Shown one piece after another: positions 47,781-59,606 of a stretch of 64,000 bases of DNA; the stretch's first letter is position 1, and every line of letters begins with the position of its first letter. The position numbers were made by a program, and so were the translations under genes. The notes under the pieces were generated by a model. The model did no database searches, was not told where the DNA came from, and saw only the letters and a program-made list of their open reading frames with translations. The DNA is taken from assembly GCA_977018835.1 (NCBI GenBank), contig OZ361258.1:4092001-4156000 (forward strand), given 5' to 3'. Source of the DNA: Minutocellus sp. GHC0000111 (lineage: Eukaryota).

Positions 47781-49096
47781 TCAGGCCCACTCCAACCGCA
47801 TCATGTCAAGAAACATATCAAGTTTATCAAATGATTTGATTGGAACCATGCAAGTGTTGTCATAATCTGTGTCTTCAATTTCAAGACCGAAAAGAATGTG
47901 TTTCACAGAAAATGCCATATTTCGCGGATCCTGTTCCGTTCCATGAAAATAAGCGTCCTCGCCGCGCAAGTTATCTGCGTCAACAGCAGCTGTTGATCGT
48001 AGGTTCTGGTTAGCCTGATGGTTTGGCGGTTTCCCACAGATTTGTTTGTACATGACCCACGGCGCACCGAATTCATCTGGAGCTTCAACCTCACACTTCT
48101 CGGAAGACGACTGCAGGACCTTGATTACTTTCCCATCAGATTTGCGCAAAATTGAAATGTTGAGCTGGAAGACATCTTCTTCACGCGAACGTTCGTGCGT
48201 TGTATCGGGATTGGTCACAAATACCTCTTTTCCGAGTGGGAGAGTTAGCCAGCCGCTGGATGAGAACATTTGCTGTAATCCCTGGATAAAAGTCCACCGC
48301 TGGCACAGGAACACGCCGTCTCTTCGTATATATTTTGGTGATCGGAGCCCACTTTGCGGAAACAAGACGCAAGTGGAAACATTCGATGAAGCGACTGCAG
48401 CGGCATGATGCACTCGGTGCCATCATTATTGACCTTGACGAGATTCGGCATATCCACCAGAATAAATAGTTCATCATCGCTGTCAAGGGAGCGGGGCTTC
48501 ACAGTTGCTGGCCTCTTCCGCCTAAGGTAAAAATCACGAAAGGTGGTCCCAGACAGAGCACCTGCGTCTATCAAAGATTTAACCATATCCGGCCACTCTT
48601 TCGTGGCAAGTGCCTTCCAAAGACGGTCCGACTCGGGTCCGGTGACTGTCCGCTTCCAAGGCGTGGAAACCTCCGCCGAACGGCTCAGCTCGACTCCACT
48701 CAAGCATGGGAGGATGGACGACCCCAGAAGCATCGGGTCTGTCATGACTTGGGCAATGGGGTCACCATCATCAGGGGAAGCGGACATACTTGAGTCACCC
48801 TCTGCAGCAGCAGTGGTATCCGTCTCCTCATGCTTTCGCTTCTTCGTTGGGTTGGCGCTCGCATGCGCAGCAGCAGCGCCGGCGGTATCGGCAGACGCCA
48901 CCGAGAGCAGGGCTGCGAGTTCAGCCTCCTGACGGGCAATGCGTTCGGTTAGCTCAGCCAGCTGGCGCCTATCAGTCTGCAGACTCTTGCGAAGGGCGTC
49001 GATTGCTGGGTTATCAGTCTGCAGACTCTTGCGAAGGGCGTCGATTGCTGGGTTACTTTCGCCTGCCATGTTTCCGGCGCTGTTCTTGGTCTCCAT
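47781..49096 (-). pseudogene. F-box-like protein, frameshifted, copy 3
   Basis: Copy of 39391-40706. Confidence 0.6.
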
Positions 49097-49373
49097 TGTA
49101 CTGGTCGTACTGCAAATTATGAGCCGGGAGAACGAATTTCCTGAAAACTCGAATTGTATTAGCCTAAACCTAAATCTGTGCGTCCGTCCGTCCATCATTT
49201 TCCCCCGCAAAGCGGAACGAACTACTCGCATACCGTACCAGCAGACTCTACATGTAGCTAGGTCCTAGCTAGCTACGTAGTACCATTTTGGTACGTAGTA
49301 GGGGTTTCTTTCTCGTACACACCGCGTGTTATTGATATTGGTAGCAGGAAGGAAGGTGGCTAAGATCTGAACT

Positions 49374-50492
49374 ATGATGAGTGGTGGCAAAGAGGAGAAA
49401 GCGATGACCGATGAAGCTGATCAACAGACAAACACAATGGCATTGCCCGACCATGAGGAACCCATCACCGAGTTCCGCAATCAATGCCGCAAGTTCTATC
49501 GACGTAGTACGTCGGTGATGCAGAGTTCGGGATCGCTTCCTGGCTTGCTAGATGAGGATGCCACATCAAACGGAACTGATAAGTACCTCTCGCCCAAAAA
49601 TGATGGCGAAAATGACACGAGAAGCCTCATCGTTGTTGAGGCAATCGAATGGTTAGTTGAACAGTCCCACAACAGTTCATCACCGCAGCAACAACAGCCA
49701 TATGCATCCTTCTTGAAAGCCCAGTCGGCCGAAAACATTGATATCTTGACTTCATGTGGCCTCCCTACAACGGAAGACGATGCTCGAAAAATCCAGGGAG
49801 ATGCACTGGAACACTTCCTTGCCATCCGTACCGTGGAGCGCAAACAGGCGCATGAAGTGAAAATGTTGGAGCGATATCACATGTTACAAGATATCTTGGT
49901 CGAGATGAGCTCAGCCAAAACCAGTGCAACTGCTGATTCGCCGACATTTGTCACCACCCGAAATGACCTGAGACGAATGCGTAGGGCCATACGAGACTTT
50001 GTTCGCAAATATCATGAATCTGCAATTGCGTCCCATCCATTTTTGGCGGGCATTCGCAAAGCATTGAGGATGCAAGTGGGTAGCAATGCGGAAGTTCCTG
50101 TCGAATGTACAGTGGTTTGGACGTTGGATCGTGCTGTATTGACCGAAGCGGTGAAGACATCGAAGTGTGGAGCCGGTGGGGATGATGCCTATGTTCGTGA
50201 CGCTGTCGGTATGCTGACATCATTTATGACTCGGAGGCGAAACGATGGGTTTGAATCATCGAAAGACGAGGAGCATGATCTCACTTTTGAAGTAAACCCT
50301 ATACTCAGTGATAGAACACTTGAAAAATTATTGGAGGTCGTACCGAAGGAGAAGGACTTGCATGGTCGACCGACAGGAAACTTTGAGGTTGGGAACACCA
50401 AACGCACCAACATCGAAGCTGAGCAGGATGAGATTGACTTTTGTGCTCAGATTTTTCGCGAAACCTTCAAAGGCTTAAAGATACGCAAGTAG
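49374..50492 (+). CDS. Hypothetical protein, ancestral full-length copy (372 aa)
   Basis: Reads through the end of the repeat into unique sequence (HGRPTGNFEV...). Confidence 0.75.
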   Translation: MMSGGKEEKAMTDEADQQTNTMALPDHEEPITEFRNQCRKFYRRSTSVMQSSGSLPGLLDEDATSNGTDKYLSPKNDGENDTRSLIVVEAIEWLVEQSHNSSSPQQQQPYASFLKAQSAENIDILTSCGLPTTEDDARKIQGDALEHFLAIRTVERKQAHEVKMLERYHMLQDILVEMSSAKTSATADSPTFVTTRNDLRRMRRAIRDFVRKYHESAIASHPFLAGIRKALRMQVGSNAEVPVECTVVWTLDRAVLTEAVKTSKCGAGGDDAYVRDAVGMLTSFMTRRRNDGFESSKDEEHDLTFEVNPILSDRTLEKLLEVVPKEKDLHGRPTGNFEVGNTKRTNIEAEQDEIDFCAQIFRETFKGLKIRK

Positions 50493-50553
50493 ATTTGAAA
50501 AAAGATATAGGTAAATTAATAGAATACGTCAATGGCAGCTTATGCTTACTTTT

Positions 50554-52053
50554 TCACGTCATTTGAACGTACTGGTCGTCACTTTCCGCCGGTACGAACG
50601 TGGCATTTTTATTGCGAGGGCTATCTGCTTTCTTTTCGTCCAATAATCCTCTTTGGCCATGCGTTTCGGGCATGAAGAGGCCAAACAAAATTATCGGAAC
50701 AAATGATATGCCCAAAGAACCCATGAGAGATGCCACGTGGCCAAAATGTTGTACCACGAGCTGTCCCAGAAAGTTAGACATGGTACCGCCCAAGCCGAAA
50801 CAACTTGCGGTTAGACCCATAACCACGTTGAATCGTCCTGTGCCAAAGGTAAGGTCAGCAACCAGATAGGGATGCAACAGGCCAAAGAAGCCACCGCCAA
50901 GACCGTCTAATATTTGCGTAGATAGCAAATACCCTTCGCTCTTGTCTCTCCACAGAATGATGAGGGCACATCGTATCGGCAAGGTGAGGAGTCCGGCCAA
51001 AAACAGCGGCTTCCGTCCCATTCCCTTTTCGGTCAGTCTATCGCCGGCAATCGTTGCCGCGCTCATAGTTCCCTGGGCCAAGATGATGGCACCTGCAATG
51101 AGAGGGATGGCCGACCGTTTCGGCGAACCATCCTCATTGTCGCCGCCCATGAGCTCTCCCAATACCATTAATACATTGGCGTTGGCAAAATGGAAGAAGA
51201 AGCCCGTCAAGCAAAGGACTAACACTTTGGGGTCGGAAAATACGGACCAATAGCTAGCCGCCTCGGGCATTGTTGATGACTCCTTCTGTTTGATCAGCTC
51301 CTCGTTGGATTCGTCCAGGGCTGTATTCAACCCATCCTCTGGTGATGCATTTGCGTCAGCAGCTGCAAATTCTTCCTCGTACGAAGCCACCTTCTCCAAG
51401 TGTCCATGCTCGTCCATGGCCACCGCTCCTTTGAACCCACGGCCCATGAGCGGATCGCCCTCGGGACACATCCTCACGAATATCACGGCAATCAACGCCG
51501 ACATGCCAATGACCAGGAAACAATATTTGACGCCCTCTCCGGCCTCACCATACGAAAAGAATGCCACGGTACCCGCCAATATGGCCGAGGCGACCGAACC
51601 GACGTGTCCCCACAGTATGTTGTTCGCCATGATGGCATCGAAATGTTCGGGTCCAAACGACGCCAGGGTCAATGCCGCCAGGCACGGTCCAATGAACGAG
51701 CTGGCAATGCCCTCGACGACCTTGGTCAGGTACATGAGGACGTGCTGCGAATCTCCCTGGACGAACATGATGGTGCTGGCGCTGGCCGCCGTGATGACCG
51801 AGGCCAGGATCAAGAATATCCGTCGATCGAGGGTGGTCCGATCGACGATGTCACCGGCTACCGTTTGGACGAGGAGGGCGGTCAGGCCCATGAGGGAGAG
51901 AGCGGCACCGACGCTGCCCTCGTTCCAACCCAACCCGACGAGGTAAATACCCTGGAAGATGTTGAGGCCGTCGCCCAATTCGCCGAGGGCGAAGGATACC
52001 AGGGCAAAGGCCAGCTTGGGCGGGAGGTGGCCGACGTGGTTGGTGTGGAACAT
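50554..52053 (-). CDS. Major facilitator superfamily transporter
   Basis: About 12 hydrophobic helices in two bundles with a central loop; motifs AGDIVDRTTLDRR, GDRLTEKGMGRKPL and VADLTFGTGRFN. Confidence 0.9.
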   Translation of the reverse strand: MFHTNHVGHLPPKLAFALVSFALGELGDGLNIFQGIYLVGLGWNEGSVGAALSLMGLTALLVQTVAGDIVDRTTLDRRIFLILASVITAASASTIMFVQGDSQHVLMYLTKVVEGIASSFIGPCLAALTLASFGPEHFDAIMANNILWGHVGSVASAILAGTVAFFSYGEAGEGVKYCFLVIGMSALIAVIFVRMCPEGDPLMGRGFKGAVAMDEHGHLEKVASYEEEFAAADANASPEDGLNTALDESNEELIKQKESSTMPEAASYWSVFSDPKVLVLCLTGFFFHFANANVLMVLGELMGGDNEDGSPKRSAIPLIAGAIILAQGTMSAATIAGDRLTEKGMGRKPLFLAGLLTLPIRCALIILWRDKSEGYLLSTQILDGLGGGFFGLLHPYLVADLTFGTGRFNVVMGLTASCFGLGGTMSNFLGQLVVQHFGHVASLMGSLGISFVPIILFGLFMPETHGQRGLLDEKKADSPRNKNATFVPAESDDQYVQMT

Positions 52054-52513
52054 GGTTGGGCGGCGTCTGGGGTTGGAAATGTACAGTCGGTTCGAGTTGT
52101 TACGAAGGCTGGTGTGAAAGAGCGGAGCGGCGGGGGCAGTATGTCTTGGCTATGGTTAAAGCAGCGAGATCAGGCCGCGGCGTGTTTATCTTAGCTGCTA
52201 GGTAGGAAAGGAGGGATCAACGATCTCAGCAGGGAGGAGCAAAGCTTGCTACGGCAAGGTCAACTCACGTCATTGCTCTTGTTATGATGGCGTTTGTGTT
52301 CAAATTTTGGCTGGAAGCAAAGACTTTCTGAATGTCGTCACAGAAAGTGCGGGAAAATTTGACTGACTCGAATGAATTCTAGAATGAATCGACTCATTCG
52401 ACCTGAATGCCAGCTCAGCCTGACGATGCGATGGCGCAGCTGATGGCGCGCGGCGGCACCAACGAAAAAACCAACACGAAACATCATCTTCATTGTGTGA
52501 CGAGAGCAGAGCC

Positions 52514-55092
52514 ATGGCTGGAGCGGCCGACCCAACCATGACGACCGACGAGAGCACCGACCCTCTGATGATGATGGCCGCGGCCTCCGGCTTCGCTACC
52601 CTGGTATTGGCGTCGGGACTGGCCTACTTCATGTCGCGCAGGTCCAAGGTGTGAGTCGAGTCGATGCTTTGCAATTTCGTTGCATATTCTCCGTTATCCC
52701 GCAGCTCGTTTTCGTCATTCGCATTCGTGTTGCTTGGTTTCTGGTTTGGATACGGAGAAGTAGGGAGAATGGCAATGCGGTCTTTGGCCGAGGCACATTG
52801 CATTCGGGCTGGCAGTATCTGCATGCAGATGCGTGCGTGCGTTCGATTTTCTTCACATTCACATACCCTTTCTCACCCACCACGCATCACATTCAATTGT
52901 GTTTTGTTGACTTTCACATGCACATCACGACCGTCCTTCTCCCCATCACAAAACCCAGCGCCAGCACCAAGCAAGCTGAAGACGCCACCCAGCCAGCCAT
53001 CGAAGTGCTCGATCCCGCCCAATACCCCGGAGGACACCTGACCATCTACTACGGCTCCCAAACCGGCACGGCCGAATCGTTCGCCCAGCAGATCGCCCGG
53101 GAGGGGGACGACCACGGCTTCAAGGTCCACGTCGTCGATTTGGAGGACGTGGCCGAGGACGCCGCCGCTGCTGCCGATGGTAACCTCGGGGGTGCCATCC
53201 AGGCGGCGCTGATGGACCCCGCCAAGGCCGACGCCAACGGGTGCAGCCGGGCCGTGTTTCTGATGGCCACGTACGGAGAGGGCGAGCCGACCGACAATGC
53301 CGCGCAGTTCGTGGCGCTGCTCAAGGACAAGGCGGGCATAACCAGCAATTACAACTTTGAGGCGGAGTTGGAGGCAGCTGCTGCCAAGAAGGTCGGGAGT
53401 GGTGCCAGTGGCGAGGCGGATTATGGCGAAGAGAAGAAGGGAGAATTCGGTGATGACGATAATGCTGATGGTACTGGAGCCACAACGACCGATGCCGCCT
53501 TCTTCAACAAGCTGTCGTATGCGGTGTTCGCCCTCGGCAATCGGCAGTACGAGCACTTTTGCGCCATGGGCAAGCTGACCGATGCCGCCCTCGGCGTGAC
53601 CGGGGCCGACCGCCTCGCCGAGGTGGGCATCGGGGACGACGACAACGATCTCGAGGGAGATTTCGAGAACTGGAAGGACACCGTCATGTGGCCAACGCTC
53701 AAGAAGCGATTCGTCGCCGAGGGTGCCGCCGTGGAGCAGAAGAAGAAGTCCAAGGTTGTTGGTGGAGGGGTCTCGGAGCTGCCCGATTGTCCGTACGAGG
53801 TGGAGTTTTTGGATGGCATTGCTCCTGCCGGTGCCAAGGCCGACGTGGTCAAGTCGGACGAGATCCATGCCTCGACTCGGCACTACTTTACCGCCGTGGA
53901 CTGTCCCGTCCGCGTGTCGCGGGAGCTCCGTACCGAGCAGGATCCCGGTTCGACCGTGCACATGGAAATTGACATTTCTCAGGCCGGGGATGATTTGCGC
54001 TATCAGACGGCCGACAACCTCGGCGTCTTGCCCGTCAATGACGACGACGTCGTGGAGGCCGTGGCCGGTGCCCTCGGTTATGATTTGGATGCCGTGTTCC
54101 GTCTCAAGCCGGCGCCGGACCACGAGCACAAGCATGCGGCATTGTTCCCCACTCCCTGCACCGTGCGGGAATGTCTGGAGAGATATTGCGACCTGACCCA
54201 GGCGCCGCGCCGTTCCGATCTCAAGCTGCTGGCCAGCTATGCGACCGATCCTTTGGACCGTTCGGCACTTTTGCGCATGGCCTCCAAGGAGGGCAAGGCC
54301 GAGTATCGTGAGAAGATTGTCAATGCCCACATTGGGGTTGCCGACATTGTTGCTCGTCTTTGCCGTTCGATTGAGATGCCCCTCGAGCATTTCATTGCGG
54401 CCTGCCCTCGCCTCCTTCCTCGGTACTATACCATCTCGTCGTCGTCATCGATGCACCCTGATTCCATTCACATTACCGTGTCAGTTGTCAAGACAGAGCG
54501 ACAAGACGGATCGGTTCACAAGGGTGTTTGCTCGCACCATCTCGCTGCCATCGTAGAGAATGGCACCGTGCGAGTATTCTGCCGTGACTCGTCCTTCCGC
54601 CTTCCCAAGGATCCGTCCCGGCCGGTCATCATGATTGGTCCTGGAACCGGCATCGCGCCGATGCGCGCTCTGCTGCAGGAGAGATCGCACCAGCGCAAAA
54701 AGCGTCGTATCGGTAGCAAGAACGTTGGTAAGAATGTGCTCTACTTTGGCTGCAAGACGCCGCATCAAGACTACATTTACGAGGACGAGCTGAGGGACTT
54801 TGAGAATGAGGGCACCCTCAACAATCTTCGTGTGGCCTTTAGTCGCAAGACTGAAAAGAAGGTGTACGTGCAGCACTTGCTCGCCGACGATGCCGACGAG
54901 ACCTGGAAGCTTGTGGAGAAGGAGAAGGCGTCGATCTTTGTCTGCGGCGGTACCAAGATGGGAGCCGACGTTTCCGAAACGCTGCGATCGATCGTTGCTG
55001 AGGCTGGAGGAATGAGCACAGATGAGGCCAAGGCGTACCTGGACAAAATGTCTTCCGAGGGACGCTTTGTTCAGGAACTTTGGTCGGCATGA
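52514..55092 (+). CDS. CPR: NADPH-cytochrome P450 reductase (exon 1 52514-52650 with TM anchor; exon 2 52959-55092)
   Basis: FMN-binding YGSQTGTAE, ATYGEGEPTDNA and FALGNRQYEHF; FAD-binding PRYYTISSS; MIGPGTGIAP, LYFGC, KVYVQH, and terminal ELWS. Confidence 0.95.
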
Positions 55093-55153
55093 TAGAAACC
55101 AACATTGAAATAGAAATTGAACATAGAAGCAGCTACTTATTTGTTTATTGTAG

Positions 55154-55735
55154 CTATAGTACTGTGCATAATGTTCCTTTATTCGATCTGTGCATCCGTT
55201 CGGGTTGTAAGAAAAGGTAAGAGCTCGCCTCGCCATCGTCATCCTCGCTGTTTGGACGCTCCTCCATCAGGGTTGGAAGAATCTGCGTTACTTTGGCGAC
55301 CTTGGGCTTAGGTCGAGCTGTCCTCTTTGTGGAAGTATTGTCAACCACCGTTGCCCATCTAATCTCTACGAGACTTTTCGATTGAAATTTTCTAATAAAA
55401 GAGGATGATAACGTAGAAGTCATTCCATCGACGAGCCAATCCTCGTACAGCTGGCGTTCCATTCTTCCTTGATTCTTAAGGATGAGCTGGACGGCTGCTC
55501 CGCAGAGGGGACAGCGGCTGTGACCCGGTCGTATCCTTTGCCTGAGTATGCATGCATCGCAGAGGCTGCAGTGTTGGCAAGGATAGAGGGCTTTCGTGAC
55601 ACCCCTTTCGCAGGCAATGCAGCGGACTTCTCCTAAAGAGGACGAGGAGCGGTATCGCTCTTGGCGCTTGTACTCAGAAGAAAGCTGCAAATAGTCCTTG
55701 GACAAAGCTGGTCTCCCGTCGGCATTTTCTAGCAA
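55154..55735 (-). CDS. RING-type (C3HC4_3-like) zinc-finger protein; 5' end unresolved
   Basis: CIAC...LYPCQHCSLCDAC...CPLC; ends in CTVL. Confidence 0.65.
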   Translation of the reverse strand: MLENADGRPALSKDYLQLSSEYKRQERYRSSSSLGEVRCIACERGVTKALYPCQHCSLCDACILRQRIRPGHSRCPLCGAAVQLILKNQGRMERQLYEDWLVDGMTSTLSSSFIRKFQSKSLVEIRWATVVDNTSTKRTARPKPKVAKVTQILPTLMEERPNSEDDDGEASSYLFLQPERMHRSNKGTLCTVL

Positions 55736-56055
55736 TTGGGCAGCAGTAGCTGCCGTTAATGCTGTCAGACGGTTTGCGAGATGGACTGTTGTGTAAAGCC
55801 AAGGTTGACAAAATTATAAATTTTCAATTATGATACTGTAACAATGCATGCATAGAGAGAGAGAGGACGAATCGCACGGGACAATGCATCGGCGAAAGAC
55901 GTCAAAAGATGCACCGGGCCTAACTCGATTTACATGTGTCCCCCCTGAGGAACTTTCCATGTAATAGAGTGCGGGCTGTGTCCATCAGCACGCTACGACT
56001 GCTAATGCACATACTAGCAGTCATATGTATGCCAAAAAATCAAAACTCGCGACCG

Positions 56056-56937
56056 CTAGTTTGTTTCGTTCTCGATGGCAGCAGCCTCCATTTGGAGCTT
56101 CAGAGCTTCCTCTTTTAGCTGACGACGACGATCGGTTTCTCCTTGAACATCTATCGGAGTGTTGGTAGTAACAACGATGCAGAACTCTTTGATTTTACCT
56201 GGGTCGTGTTTGATTCCATCTTCATCTTCAATTGTCAACGTCCACGAACCTGCGGTCGACTTACCATTGAGGTCATTGAAGTCATCGATTGGCTTGTAGT
56301 AGCCTTGGTTGAGATTCAGAGGGCCATTTGGGAATGGGATTTCGTTTGTGGAGTCGTCGTCAAATTGGACTTTGTTGAAGTCGGTTTGTGTAATGCCGTT
56401 GTCTTCGGCGCCATTCTTGTTGTCGAGATCGAAGAGGACGAACCCGTTACTGGAAGAGGAACCAGTTGGCTTAAAGCTCAAAGTCCCCTTGATTTCGTCA
56501 CCTGCAGGGTGCGTGAGCGAAACCAGAACGTTGATGTCGGTAATGTTGTAATTAATTTTGTAGTCGAAGTTCACGAAAGCACCGCCACCACCAGGGGCAA
56601 TCTCCACAGCCCCCGAGGGAAACTGGCGACAGATTGTTACTTTGCGTATGTTTTCTCTGGCGACAGATTGATGAGGAAGTTTGGGAGAGACAACAAGTGA
56701 ATGAACGTGTTAGGTTGCACATCGGTCGGAGAACGGAGCACCAGAGCGACTACTAGCTGGAGGAGGTTACTCGCTACTAGCTAGTACAATGCCATGCACT
56801 AGAAGGCTAACGACGCCTCGGTTTACCACATCCAGTGCCCCCGCTTCCAAAGCAAGCAGATCAAACTGTAATTTGAAGATAAGTACAATGTGCAGATCGA
56901 GGAACTCACTGGCGGCAACCGCAAAAATCTTTCTCAT
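56056..56937 (-). CDS. Proprotein-convertase P-domain-like protein; 5' exons tentative
   Basis: ITDINVLVSLTHP..DEIKGTL and LNGKSTAGSWTLTIED...PGKIKEFCI match the P-domain pattern. A possible first exon MRKIFAVAA|GTGAGT starts at 56937. Confidence 0.6.
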
Positions 56938-57574
56938 TTCGCACGGTAGTGACAGTGTCTTGCGTAGCAGCGGAGGCCAGAGCGACGAGGGCGGTGAACT
57001 TGAAGAGGCTAATCATATTTGGCTAGATGGCGGGTGGTAAGGGATGACGAGAGGCGATGTGTCGATGGATTGGGCTTGTAATAATGGATTGATATGCACA
57101 ACAAGGAGGTGGTGTGGCTGTCTGCTTCGCTTTGCTTTCACGAATATCGTCTTGGGCGCATAAATCTTGGAGATCGTCGAAGTATGAGGGGGTATTTTCC
57201 CTTGAATTATGGGCTTATGTGTAGAGGAGAGATACCCCTCTATGTTATAAATAAAATACGACTAGGAGTATGCGTGCAAGCCCCCGAGATGGAGAATGAT
57301 GAATGATGAAGCCTGCACAGATGGCGGTATCGGCATATCGGTACTACTAGTAGCTAGTCTAGTAGTAGGAATTCCTACTCGGGCAGCCACCGTTCCACCC
57401 TATCTCAACGCGTTCGAAGTTGCTACGTATCTAGTGCTGAGCTGAAAAGGTCTTTGCTGCGCCAGTGTTTGTTGACCGCTGCAGATTTGCACAAGGCCTC
57501 AACTTGAAGCAAGTGCCGATCGATCACCACGCACGTGCTGGACTTGTACCTAGGTACATCAAAATACACTGAAA

Positions 57575-59326
57575 ATGACTGCATACCGTAGAAGTACGAG
57601 GCCGATGGCAGCCGCATGCCTTCTTGGGTTGGTGCAGATTCTCAGTTTGGCATGTCAATCCACGGTCTTTGCCTTTGTGCCAGATGCAGCGACTCCACGC
57701 AGCAGCCGCAGCCCTCATTCTGCCCCACCAAAATGCATTGGCATCAAGAACCCATTGGCAGCCTCCTCCACCTCCACCTCGTCCGCGTCGGCCCCGTCCC
57801 TCGAAACGCTGGCAGACGAAATCAACTCCCACATCGAAAAACTCCAGCCAGAATTCATCAAGAACTGCAAGGTCAGGGTAGCCCCCAGCCCCTCGGGCAA
57901 TCGACTGGGCCTAATCGCCACGGACAAAATCAACAAGGATTCCGTAGCCCTCAGCATCCCCTACGACGATCAGCTCGTCCTGACGCCCGACTTGGCCTCC
58001 AAGAACGTGCTGGAGGGCGTCCTGCCCGAGGGGTACGACGGTTGGACCGGCGACGTCGGACTTTTGGCCATGCTGGTCCTCAATGAGATGGCCCGGGCCG
58101 ATGAATCGGGCGATGGCAGCAGTGGCGGCGGCGGCATTGCCCTGCCCAAGCGCAAGGCCGAGTGTCAGGCGCTCATCAGTTCCTGGATCAAGGTCCTGCC
58201 CTCTCCGGAGGAAATGGCCACCCTCCACCCGCTGCTCTGGGACGAGGACGCACAGGAGACATTGCAGGGATCGTCCACGAAGAAAGTTTATCGCACCCTC
58301 GACGACATTGAGGAGGACGGGGCGTGGCTGACCGAACGGGTATGGTCGGACGACCGAACGCGCTTTCCGGAAACGGTCACCATCAACGGTCAGATCAGAC
58401 CCTGCTTCACCGTCGAGGGATTCGCGTGGGCCGCCGCCATCGCCTCGTCGCGGTCCAGCTTTGTCGACGGGTCGTTGCGCATCGTCCCCGTCATGGATAT
58501 GGCCAACCACGCCGACTTGGGCACCGAGGAGGTACGCGGCGGAACCATGGGGGCCTTCGGCACGACCAAGGGGACCGAAATTCGGACGGCATCCACGAAA
58601 GCGTACGAGGTGGGCGACGAGGTGTTTGTCAACTACGGGCCCAAGTCGGCGGCGGAATATCTGCTCGAGCACGGCTTCATCCCCAAGCAAGCTCGGACGA
58701 CCGCCGTGTCGGAACTGACCTTTGAGGTGGATCCGGAGGATCGGTTCTACGATGACAAACTGGACATATTGGAGTTTGAGACGTATGATTCCGCGCCGAT
58801 GGAACCCCTCCAGAGCTTCGACGTGGTCCAAGAGCCCGGCAGAGATGGGGAGCCCGATCCTGCCATTATGCAATTCCTGCGACTGGTCAAGTTGGGTGGG
58901 AAGGATGCATTTTTGCTCGAATCCATCTTCCGGAAGGAGGTTTGGGGATTCATGGGGTTGCCGGTAAGCGAGGCCAACGAGCGCAGTGTGGTGGAAGAAA
59001 TCGAGGCGGCTTGTACCAAGGCCCTGGAGGAGATGAATGCCATTGAAAAGGATGGAGGTGGTGACGAGACTAATGAAAATGATACCTCACCGGAGGGTCT
59101 GTGTGCCATCGTGAGAGATGCCGAACGCAAGGCTCTGACAAGAACTTCTGAGTATATGCAGCGGGAAAGAGAAGCGCTGGATCTCAAGGAATACTATCAA
59201 GAACGCCGATTGAAGGATCTCGGTCTCGACAGCGAATGGGATCCAGAGTCTGACATGGGATTCGACGATGACGAGTTGAATTATGGCCAGACCAGACTAC
59301 CGGGCGGAGGTGATTTGGATTGGTAA
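57575..59326 (+). CDS. LSMT: Plastid-targeted Rubisco LSMT / fructose-bisphosphate aldolase lysine N-methyltransferase (SET domain)
   Basis: Signal peptide plus VFA-FVP (ASAFAP-like). SET motifs PVMDMANH, EVFVNYG and LLEHGF. C-terminal FYDDKLDILE, DAFLLESIFR and EYYQERRLKDLGL. Confidence 0.9.
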   Translation: MTAYRRSTRPMAAACLLGLVQILSLACQSTVFAFVPDAATPRSSRSPHSAPPKCIGIKNPLAASSTSTSSASAPSLETLADEINSHIEKLQPEFIKNCKVRVAPSPSGNRLGLIATDKINKDSVALSIPYDDQLVLTPDLASKNVLEGVLPEGYDGWTGDVGLLAMLVLNEMARADESGDGSSGGGGIALPKRKAECQALISSWIKVLPSPEEMATLHPLLWDEDAQETLQGSSTKKVYRTLDDIEEDGAWLTERVWSDDRTRFPETVTINGQIRPCFTVEGFAWAAAIASSRSSFVDGSLRIVPVMDMANHADLGTEEVRGGTMGAFGTTKGTEIRTASTKAYEVGDEVFVNYGPKSAAEYLLEHGFIPKQARTTAVSELTFEVDPEDRFYDDKLDILEFETYDSAPMEPLQSFDVVQEPGRDGEPDPAIMQFLRLVKLGGKDAFLLESIFRKEVWGFMGLPVSEANERSVVEEIEAACTKALEEMNAIEKDGGGDETNENDTSPEGLCAIVRDAERKALTRTSEYMQREREALDLKEYYQERRLKDLGLDSEWDPESDMGFDDDELNYGQTRLPGGGDLDW

Positions 59327-59606
59327 AAATTAGAGGCAGCAATATATTAAATGTAGTTGCTAGGAATTCTAGCTGGGATTGGTATTGAAGTGTTTATCAG
59401 ATCTAGTACGATACTGGCTGCCCCCGGCTCGGATGGAGCTGGCCAGTGGTGATTATCTCTACCAAATGTAGAAAAATTCGTAGGTGAAAATATTGAATCT
59501 CAGACATGACGCGCCCGCTCATCTACAGTACCTTGATGCAAGCGATCCTAACACTTACTCACTTACTTAGCTTGCACTCAACTCTGCCCAAGACAAAGCG
59601 ACAGGC

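Larger units (their letters stand above)
37788..50375. repeat. Three head-to-tail copies of a 4195-bp unit (37788-41982, 41983-46177, 46178-50372) plus terminal ACA microhomology
   Basis: The ORF track repeats at an exact 4195 offset. Junctions read ...GGTCGACCG-ACA-TTGTTG..., and the unique flanks are TAGTAC-ACA and ACA-GGAAAC. Confidence 0.98.

Noticed and set aside
37788..50375. The repeat unit as a transposon or LTR element
   Set aside because: No TIR, LTR, target-site duplication or mobility gene was seen, and the breakpoints cut through an ordinary gene.
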